From: a virus
Direction: 5' to 3' (one strand)
Virus record (IMG/VR): IMGVR_UViG_3300004369_000003
Coordinates: 38,540-102,539 of that record
DNA length: 64,000 nucleotides
How positions within the stretch are numbered: the stretch's first letter is position 1; each line of letters opens with the position of its first letter. The position numbers were made by a program, and so were the translations under genes. The notes below the pieces were generated by a model. The model did no database searches. It was given only the letters and a program-made list of their open reading frames with translations, and had not been told where the DNA came from. Below are positions 56,841 to 64,000 of this stretch, in pieces.

Positions 56841-59800
56841 CTACTTCCCTCCCTTGAGAATGTCTACGAGATTGACCCCGTTTACGACTTCGTTACCGCT
56901 CTGAGTCAGTTTTTCAATCAGCAACTTCCTGACACTTGGGTCAAGGTTTACCGATGCAAGGTCTGCCCAAGTCAGGTTTGTCTTGAACATAATCTGAGAA
57001 GCGCTCTTGAGTTTCTCAACGACATCGTGGTCTGTTCCCTGAAGTTGACCGAACTTGTCTCCTCCAGTTGAGTAGTACCCCATTCTCCTCAGAAGTTTGG
57101 TTGCATCAAAGTTCCATGTAGGATGTCCGTAGTTGCTTCCGTTGCTTGCTGAAGAGCCCTTGTAAGTGAAGATGTAATTTCCACCATTGGCTCGGATATC
57201 CTCGCTTGAGGACATTCCACCCATGTTGATTCCGTTGTTCCAACGCTTTGCTGTGGCGTAAAGACCACCGCTCATAAGCATGTCGTAAATGAAATCTGCT
57301 TGTGCCTCTGTTCCAGATGGGAATTTCTTGCCAGTTGTGTTGTGGTAGAAGTACTTAATCCCAATTTTGTCTGAGATTGCTTTAGCAACGCTCTCTGGCA
57401 TAAGGAACTCAATGGTTCCTGTTGCTGTTGGGTTCTGTATAACCTCAACGTCGTCGGCGGTAAAGCCCCACTCGTCTTGAATCTGTTGGAGCTTCTGCTT
57501 GCGAAGTTCGCCCTTGTAGTTCTTCTTGCCATCAGTGTGCTTGCCCAGAAGCCAAATCATCTTGTTCTCAATGAGGCCCTTAATGTCTTCAGGTGTCGCT
57601 GGGCGAGCACTCTGAATTCCAAGAGCCTGTAGAGCCTCTGTGATGTCAGCCTCTGTTGCATCTTCTGGTAGAAGAATTTCTACATCGTTGTGGAAAGCGG
57701 CTGAATAGGTGCTGTCTGAGTAGTGCTTAGTGAAATCAACATTTTCATCGTTGAGGTCTTTGCTTGCTCGATGAAGTCTAAAGGTTCCCTTACCAGCTTG
57801 ACCTTTGTAAGTTGTTCCGTTTTCATACCTGTCAACAGTTCGGTCTTGGCTGTCCTTAGGACCCGTCTTCCACATCTTGCTGATGTTCTTGAGAAGACCG
57901 CCTTCTTTTTCCCACATTGGAATTTCAAGAGCAGAGGTTTTATCAATGCCATCTTTTCCATCAATTGACTGAACAATGTTGTTTCCAGACCATCCAGTCA
58001 GTTTGAAGGTCAAACGAATCTGCTTCTTGTTCCCCTTCGTCACGACTTTCTGGACCTTGATGGACATATCTTCAATTTCGTCAGCATCACTAAGAACAGC
58101 AACACCGTTCGTTGCGACAGTGGCGTTGTCTCCCTTGACATCTGCCAGAGCGGCAGTCAACGGAGGAACGTCATCAATCGCTGAGAAGTTCCACTCAACG
58201 TTTTCTGGAGTAGCCAAGTCAAAGCCAGCACCTTCAACTTCAAACTCGGCCTTCATAGCCTTTTCTGCGGCTTCTAGTTCTGCCTTCTTCTTCTTAGCAA
58301 GAAGTTCTTTCTCGTAAGCAGCCTTCTTTTTCTTGGATTCTGCAAGAGACTTATTCAGGTACGTCGGGTCAACATCAATACCGAGCTCGTTGGCCTGCTC
58401 AATCGTGAGGAAGTTCTCGCGACTCCATACCTTGTCGTTCTTCAGCGTCTGGGTCTTACCAGCAAGAGGACCGTCAAAGTAGCCAACCTGAACTTCGCCC
58501 TTGCTTACGTCCATGTTTGTAATTACACCGTGGCTGGTGAGTTCGGGGTCTGGACCGCCTGGGCTAGCGTTTGAAACAATCATTCCTGGAACCATGTTCT
58601 TGGACTCTGGGTCTTTCAGGAACATGCCACTTAAGAAGTTTTTGTAGTCGCTGTAACTATCTGCTCCGAAGTAGGCAAGGTGGCCTGGGTCGTTCTTTGT
58701 CGCAGCCTTCTTTAGAACCTCTTTGATGTCGGTTGCACCGTCAAGAGATGGACCAGAGTAGAACGGGCTTGATGCCTCTCCAGTAGAAGGAGCTGGCTCG
58801 GGAGTCGGAGTTGTGTCTGCCTCGGGTGCGGAAGGTGCCTCTGGGGTAGGAGTAGGTGTAGGTGTTGGAGTAGGAGCGCTTGGGGTTGGTGCCTCGGAAA
58901 CCTCGGGTGCTGAAACGGGGTCGCCCCACTTCCAGCCACTTGTCTCTGGCGTAACGCTCTTTGCAACGATGGTGTTAATTTCACCATCTTCGTACTTCAC
59001 CTTGAGATAGTCGGTGTAGCCGTATCCCTTTGTCTTGTACTTACGAAGGTGTCCCTTGATTACACCCTTTTGACCAAACTTGGAGTGGGTCGGGTTTACC
59101 ACATTGATGGTGTCACCCTTCTTGAGAATGGAACCATCAGCAGCAACGTAGGACTCGGACTCTGTAGGAATAGCCTTGATAGAAGTCGGCAGTAGAGTCT
59201 TGTCTGTCTCGCCCTTTGACTTGCTCTTGATGTACTTAGGCTTGCTGTTGGCAGAACCAATCTGGTCAGAGATGGTGTTACCCAGAGCCTTCGCAGAGTG
59301 GTGCTTCTTGCTCATCCAGTAAACCTTGGTTGAGCCATCAAAACCGTTAGTTATGCGGTGATAGACCTCAAAACTGTTGGTCTCGTTGCGTCGAACAACA
59401 ACGTCGTAACGGTCGTCGCCGTGCATGACAGAGTGAACAACAATGTGTCCGTTGCTGAGAACGGTGCCGTCGTAATCTTCCTTGACTGCTTTCCAGATAA
59501 GTTCTGGATTAGTCTCGTCTGGGTTGGAAAGTGTCTTCTCAATCTGCTCTGTAGACAGAGGAGTTGATGGGAGTTCTGGGTCTTGAGGAACGAGGTCCTG
59601 AGCAATATCCTCAGCAACCTTCTCTTCTGGAGTATCTAGTTCCTTAGGCTCAGGAGCATCAAGTGACTCAATAGCAGAGTCAATGAGGTCTGGGTTTCCG
59701 CCCTGCTCTTTGAGAGTTCCTAGGAGAGCCTTGAGTTGCTCTTTGTCGGGAGCCTTTCCGAAAACGGACTCAGCGAGGCTAGAGAGGTCATCAATGACCT

Positions 59801-62800
59801 TCTGCTTCTCGGCCTCTGGAACATCGGTTGGCTTCTCTGCTGGCTGTGGGTCAGCGTCTGGCTCTGGGTCAGGAACATCTACCTCAGGAGTCTTTACTGT
59901 CGGTGCTTCTGGTGCCTGCGGTGCCTCAGGAGCGTCTGCTTCTGGTGCATCACTGACTGGAGGAGTGAATCCGTCAGACACGGGCTGGATGTTAGAAATC
60001 GTGAAGTTTTTGGCAACACCATCGGAGTCAACAGCGCGAAGGTTGATGTTTCCATTCTTCGGGTTCTCCCAAATGGATGGGCCACCCTCCTTCGTCTTGA
60101 CAGGTGTAACGATTCGGTCTTTGCCCTTGTAGTTGAATGCAACCTTCTGGTTGTTCTCAATTGCGCTAGCAATCTGCGCTGCGATGTCTCCATCAACGTC
60201 CAGCGGAACGACTCCACTTGGGGAAGAAACGGTCTGAACTTCAACCTGCTCTTCTTCCTTTTCACCGAGGCCAAAGCGCTGGATGATGTCCTCGCGACGC
60301 TTCTTCAGAGCATCCTTCAGGAACTCAGCGGTCTCAGCGTCGTCAGGGAACGCTGCGTCAACTAGTTCATCAATCTTTTCTGGGCTGATTGCCTGAACCT
60401 TCTTGGCAGACTCAGCCAGTTGCTCATCGGTCATGTCGCCAAAGATGTCAGCCGCTTGAGGGTTGACGCTTGGGTCACGCAGAGAATCAATTTGAGTCAC
60501 TTCAGGAGTAAGAGTTGACTTCTTGTCCTTACCCTGAGCGCGGAATAGTAGAGAGCCACCTGGGTCAATGCGGTAGACATTGCCCTCATTGTCTGTGAGC
60601 ATGTTGTCGTACACAAGACCAACGGAATCCCAGTTGTTCAGCCATGCATCAACAATGAAGTCTTCTTGAGCCTTGCTCTTGATGTCTGGGTCATTCTTCT
60701 TGTCTCCAAAGTCTGCATTCGAGTTTGGAACAAGTGGAGATACAAGAACGGTGTTGCCCTTCTTGTCCTTACCAAGGAATACTCGACCAACCTTGGTTCC
60801 AGCCTCCTCATACAAGGCTGAAGCCAAGACTTCGTTCGCTGCGTGTGCATCGGACTTAGGAACCTTGACGTAGTACTGGTCACCAGTCTTTGGGTCAACG
60901 TAGAACGCACCCTCATTTGAGCCAGCCTGACCGCCAATCTTTTTCCATTCAGAAGTGTCAAACACAGCGGAAACTTCGTCGCCTACTACCTCGTCGGAAG
61001 GCGTTGGCTTTTCTGGGCCAGAGGTGTTGTCCTCGGACAGAGCAAGGATTCCGTCAAGAGAGTCGGAGAAGGATGGGTGAAGTTTTTCTTCCTTCTGCAT
61101 CTTGAGAAGTTGGTCTGTTGAGAACCAACCAACCTGAGAGTTCTCGCCGTCAGTTGCGTTGAGGTCGTCAAACTGTCCTGGACCAACCTCAAAGACGTAG
61201 GTGTCGTAAGACCAGTCAGGAGCATCGCTACTGTTGTGGACGAATACTGGGTCAAGAGAGTTGATGTTTCCACCAACCTCTTCTGTGAACTCTTCTTTGG
61301 CTGTAGCTCCAACAGTCTTTGCTGTGGTCTGGTCCTTGTGAGCGCCACCTGGGAATGCCCACTTGCCACCGCCCTGGGATAGACCCTTGGAACGCTTAGC
61401 AAGGAAGTACTCGTAAGTGCCGTCTGAGTTCTTGCGACGGAGTAGTGCGCCTGCAGCGCCGTACTTGCCCCAGAAGCGCTTTCCGTTGACAGAGAAGAAG
61501 TAACCTTCTCCAGTCTCTTGGTTGTCGCCACCACCGAGAGGTGCGAAGAATGGGAGTTGTGGAGGAGTCAGTTCACCGTTGCGTAGTTTCTGAACGTCAG
61601 AAGCAGAGATTCCTTCTGCGTAGTAAACGCCGTCAGTTCCCTGGGCAATGTTGTAGCCCTGCCACTTGCCAGCGTCTGCTTCCTTTTCAGGAGCCTCGTC
61701 AATTGCCTCTACTGGCTCAATGACCTCTGGTGCTTCAGCTTCTGGTGCTTCAGCTTCTGGGAAGTCGTTGCGACGACGAACAACGTATGGCTGGTATTTA
61801 ATCCAACTGCTGGTGTATTCCTTGCCATTGGAGAGAAGCCTGCGGGTGACAAGCATCCGCTTGTCGTCGTCTGGGTCATTTTCAACCGAGACAATCTCGT
61901 GCCATCCGCCAAACTTGGCTTGAATGAAGTCACCTGGCTTCCAGTTCTCAACTGCAACGCGACCAATAAGTTCTGTGTTCTCGTCATCCTCAACCCAGTT
62001 GTTGGAGACGGTGCCACCAAGAACAGACTCGACTCCGAAGTCTCCGTCAGAAACTTCTTTGGCCTTGGACTCTGTTGCGCTGGAGGACTCTTCCTTCTCT
62101 GGGAGGTCTTTGTTGTCTTCAATGAGTTGGTCAAGAGACGGTACGTCTCCGTCAGCCATACCCTTGTTGAATACGTTGACTACAACGAGTTCGCTCTCTG
62201 CCTTCTTCTTGAGAACCTTTGCCTGCTCGTAGGCTTCAATATCTGCCAAGTAATCAGCAGATGCCTTATCTGGGTCAAGTTGCTCAATACCACTGTTCGT
62301 GGTTGCCATCTCGTCAAGGAGTTTGTCAAGCATCTCAGGGAGAACTGCGGCGTCAACAGTTGCGTCATGCCAGTCAGTGCTCTCATCAGCGAGGCCATAG
62401 CGCTTGGCTACGTTGTGAAGTTCGTGGTCTCCCTTGCCACCATTGATGACCTTGCGGGAGAGAGAAAGCGTGTCAATCTCTCCACCAGGTGAGTAGTCAA
62501 GTCCATACTTCTCGGAGATGCGCTTGAGGATTGCGCCGTCAAATGGCATGTTGTGAGCCATGACGATTGGGTTCTCACCCATGAACTCAAGAATCTGTGC
62601 GAATGCGTCTTCCATTGACATCTGGTCAGCGAGGAACGCATCGGAAATTGGGTTGCCGTTAGCATCCTTCAGAATGTCGTCTGGGTTCTTGTCTGTGTAG
62701 AACGAACCGAGAGGCTCCTCTGGGTTCATGTAGAGAACTAGGCTGTCTACAACCTCACCGTTCTCACGCTTGTAAATGGCAACCTGAATTGGGTTCTGAG

Positions 62801-63998
62801 TGTTGAAGCCACCATTGGCGCTTGTCTCAAAGTCAATTGCGTAGACAGTCTCGGCCTGTAGAAGTTCCTTGAACTTCTTCGGGTCGCCTCCTGCTTGGGC
62901 AGCGATTGCCTTGAGTTTTTCACCAGCGAATGCGGGTGCTGTTGGGCGCTGTGGCAGTGACTTGTTGGGGTCAACGCTGTCAAGGTCAACAGGTGGGTCG
63001 TAGCTTGCAGCAGACTCTGCCTTGGCAGCATCAAAGGCAGCCTTCTTCTCGGCGTAGTCTGGGTCGTCCTTGCTTGGACGCTCAAGTGCAGGCTTGTCTC
63101 CAGGCTGAGGAAGTTGTTCTGGCTTCAGTCCCTTAAGGACAGCAATCTTGGTTGAACCCTTCCAAGTCTTGGTCTGAGACTCGTGACCTGGGTAGTAACC
63201 CTGAACAACAGCATTGCCGTCAGCATCAGTGGAAACACTCTCAACGACGAAGTACTCGTACTGGTCCTTGCCCCACTCCTTCTTGAAGGTAAGGTCACCA
63301 GCCTCAACGGCTGTTGCAGGAACGAGTTTGACACCAACAGGATTTTCAACTGTGTGGATTGGTGCTTCGTCTTCGGTGTTCCAATACTCAAGGTCTTCTG
63401 GAGCAGACCACATTTCCTTGGCCTGTGACATTGCCTCGTTGTAGGCGTCCCAATCGGCTTCGTACTTGGCTTTATCGTCTGGGTCCTTTGGATGGAATGG
63501 GCCGTACTCGTACCCTTCCTTTGCCTTAGTTACAGGGCCGTAGTCCTTAGCGAATGGCTTGCTGAGTTCTGGTAGGTCGCCCTTTTGAGGAGGCTCAACG
63601 TTTCGGTATACATCAATACCAGTTTCGTTGTTCCACAGTTTTGTCTTCTGAGAAACGTGACCAGGGTAGTAACCAGTAATCCAGGACTTGCCTGGAACAT
63701 CAGATGGCTCAACAGACTCAATAACAAAGTTGTCGCCAACGGTCACATCACCAGGCTTCAGGTCCTTTGTCTTAGCAGTTAGTCGAGCGGGTCCATCTGG
63801 CTCTCCGACCTTTGCTCCACCAACGCTTGGCGGTTCTTGGCCTGCTCCACTATCTGTGGGTAGTCCAGCCTTTGGTTCAGTGGCACTGGGTCCTTCCGCG
63901 TCCTCCGCAGGTTGTTGCGGGGCTTCGGCAGGCGCTTCTTCTGTGGCGGGGGCTCCTTCAGTTTCTTCTCCTTCTAGGGCTTTTTTGACCTCATCTGG
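56841..63998 (-). CDS. Giant polyvalent protein (DEDDh exonuclease, Nudix, kinase-like, WYL, KOW, ART-like domains), 5' partial
   Basis: The frame of ORF 56841..63746 stays open to the window end (PDEVKKALEGEET...). Motifs IDFETS/HNMPFD/HDATVD; FPGG...EEFTEEVG; YYVK...NEVLA...DAWLNNWD...RIDPGG; AIENNQKVAFNYKGKDRIVTP; FYHNTT...GGLY...YIF. Confidence 0.85.
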   Translation of the reverse strand, partial: PDEVKKALEGEETEGAPATEEAPAEAPQQPAEDAEGPSATEPKAGLPTDSGAGQEPPSVGGAKVGEPDGPARLTAKTKDLKPGDVTVGDNFVIESVEPSDVPGKSWITGYYPGHVSQKTKLWNNETGIDVYRNVEPPQKGDLPELSKPFAKDYGPVTKAKEGYEYGPFHPKDPDDKAKYEADWDAYNEAMSQAKEMWSAPEDLEYWNTEDEAPIHTVENPVGVKLVPATAVEAGDLTFKKEWGKDQYEYFVVESVSTDADGNAVVQGYYPGHESQTKTWKGSTKIAVLKGLKPEQLPQPGDKPALERPSKDDPDYAEKKAAFDAAKAESAASYDPPVDLDSVDPNKSLPQRPTAPAFAGEKLKAIAAQAGGDPKKFKELLQAETVYAIDFETSANGGFNTQNPIQVAIYKRENGEVVDSLVLYMNPEEPLGSFYTDKNPDDILKDANGNPISDAFLADQMSMEDAFAQILEFMGENPIVMAHNMPFDGAILKRISEKYGLDYSPGGEIDTLSLSRKVINGGKGDHELHNVAKRYGLADESTDWHDATVDAAVLPEMLDKLLDEMATTNSGIEQLDPDKASADYLADIEAYEQAKVLKKKAESELVVVNVFNKGMADGDVPSLDQLIEDNKDLPEKEESSSATESKAKEVSDGDFGVESVLGGTVSNNWVEDDENTELIGRVAVENWKPGDFIQAKFGGWHEIVSVENDPDDDKRMLVTRRLLSNGKEYTSSWIKYQPYVVRRRNDFPEAEAPEAEAPEVIEPVEAIDEAPEKEADAGKWQGYNIAQGTDGVYYAEGISASDVQKLRNGELTPPQLPFFAPLGGGDNQETGEGYFFSVNGKRFWGKYGAAGALLRRKNSDGTYEYFLAKRSKGLSQGGGKWAFPGGAHKDQTTAKTVGATAKEEFTEEVGGNINSLDPVFVHNSSDAPDWSYDTYVFEVGPGQFDDLNATDGENSQVGWFSTDQLLKMQKEEKLHPSFSDSLDGILALSEDNTSGPEKPTPSDEVVGDEVSAVFDTSEWKKIGGQAGSNEGAFYVDPKTGDQYYVKVPKSDAHAANEVLASALYEEAGTKVGRVFLGKDKKGNTVLVSPLVPNSNADFGDKKNDPDIKSKAQEDFIVDAWLNNWDSVGLVYDNMLTDNEGNVYRIDPGGSLLFRAQGKDKKSTLTPEVTQIDSLRDPSVNPQAADIFGDMTDEQLAESAKKVQAISPEKIDELVDAAFPDDAETAEFLKDALKKRREDIIQRFGLGEKEEEQVEVQTVSSPSGVVPLDVDGDIAAQIASAIENNQKVAFNYKGKDRIVTPVKTKEGGPSIWENPKNGNINLRAVDSDGVAKNFTISNIQPVSDGFTPPVSDAPEADAPEAPQAPEAPTVKTPEVDVPDPEPDADPQPAEKPTDVPEAEKQKVIDDLSSLAESVFGKAPDKEQLKALLGTLKEQGGNPDLIDSAIESLDAPEPKELDTPEEKVAEDIAQDLVPQDPELPSTPLSTEQIEKTLSNPDETNPELIWKAVKEDYDGTVLSNGHIVVHSVMHGDDRYDVVVRRNETNSFEVYHRITNGFDGSTKVYWMSKKHHSAKALGNTISDQIGSANSKPKYIKSKSKGETDKTLLPTSIKAIPTESESYVAADGSILKKGDTINVVNPTHSKFGQKGVIKGHLRKYKTKGYGYTDYLKVKYEDGEINTIVAKSVTPETSGWKWGDPVSAPEVSEAPTPSAPTPTPTPTPTPEAPSAPEADTTPTPEPAPSTGEASSPFYSGPSLDGATDIKEVLKKAATKNDPGHLAYFGADSYSDYKNFLSGMFLKDPESKNMVPGMIVSNASPGGPDPELTSHGVITNMDVSKGEVQVGYFDGPLAGKTQTLKNDKVWSRENFLTIEQANELGIDVDPTYLNKSLAESKKKKAAYEKELLAKKKKAELEAAEKAMKAEFEVEGAGFDLATPENVEWNFSAIDDVPPLTAALADVKGDNATVATNGVAVLSDADEIEDMSIKVQKVVTKGNKKQIRLTFKLTGWSGNNIVQSIDGKDGIDKTSALEIPMWEKEGGLLKNISKMWKTGPKDSQDRTVDRYENGTTYKGQAGKGTFRLHRASKDLNDENVDFTKHYSDSTYSAAFHNDVEILLPEDATEADITEALQALGIQSARPATPEDIKGLIENKMIWLLGKHTDGKKNYKGELRKQKLQQIQDEWGFTADDVEVIQNPTATGTIEFLMPESVAKAISDKIGIKYFYHNTTGKKFPSGTEAQADFIYDMLMSGGLYATAKRWNNGINMGGMSSSEDIRANGGNYIFTYKGSSASNGSNYGHPTWNFDATKLLRRMGYYSTGGDKFGQLQGTDHDVVEKLKSASQIMFKTNLTWADLASVNLDPSVRKLLIEKLTQSGNEVVNGVNLVDILKGGK

Positions 63999-64000
63999 AG

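Overview
The window is a 64-kb internal fragment of a large tailed dsDNA phage genome. It has a siphovirus-type tail and almost certainly infects Actinobacteria: it carries two whiB genes and a cluster-B-mycobacteriophage-like head module, and its GC content by eye is low for an actinophage, which would fit an aquatic low-GC actinobacterial host. Two convergent transcription blocks meet at about 23.13 kb. The + strand block (1-23136) is a virion-appendage and decoration module. It encodes five Gly-Pro-Thr collagen-like fibre proteins, a beta-propeller, a split giant structural protein (826 + 2876 aa), an S8 protease, a SAM methyltransferase, a flavin-dependent (Trp-type) halogenase and a GT2-TPR glycosyltransferase. 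The - strand block reads from 64000 down to 23120. It starts with a >2380-aa multi-enzyme 'polyvalent' protein (DEDDh exonuclease, Nudix, kinase-like, WYL and ART-like domains) and two small acidic ORFs. Next come a ~1690-aa prohead-protease polyprotein, major capsid (hexamer) and putative pentamer proteins, the major tail protein, head-tail connectors, frameshifted tail chaperones, the tape measure, Dit, Tal and a tail spike. It ends with DNA Pol A, a deaminase, RuvC, an SNF2 helicase, the Cas4-like/Sak4/SSB recombination trio, a GT-B-like protein and two WhiB regulators. The most notable candidates are (i) a spore-exosporium-like collagen-fibre glycosylation/modification locus, (ii) a head-packaged polyvalent effector with possible immunity ORFs, and (iii) nested (Russian-doll) beta-module architecture shared among tail proteins. 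All functional calls come from motif recognition by eye; no searches were run.
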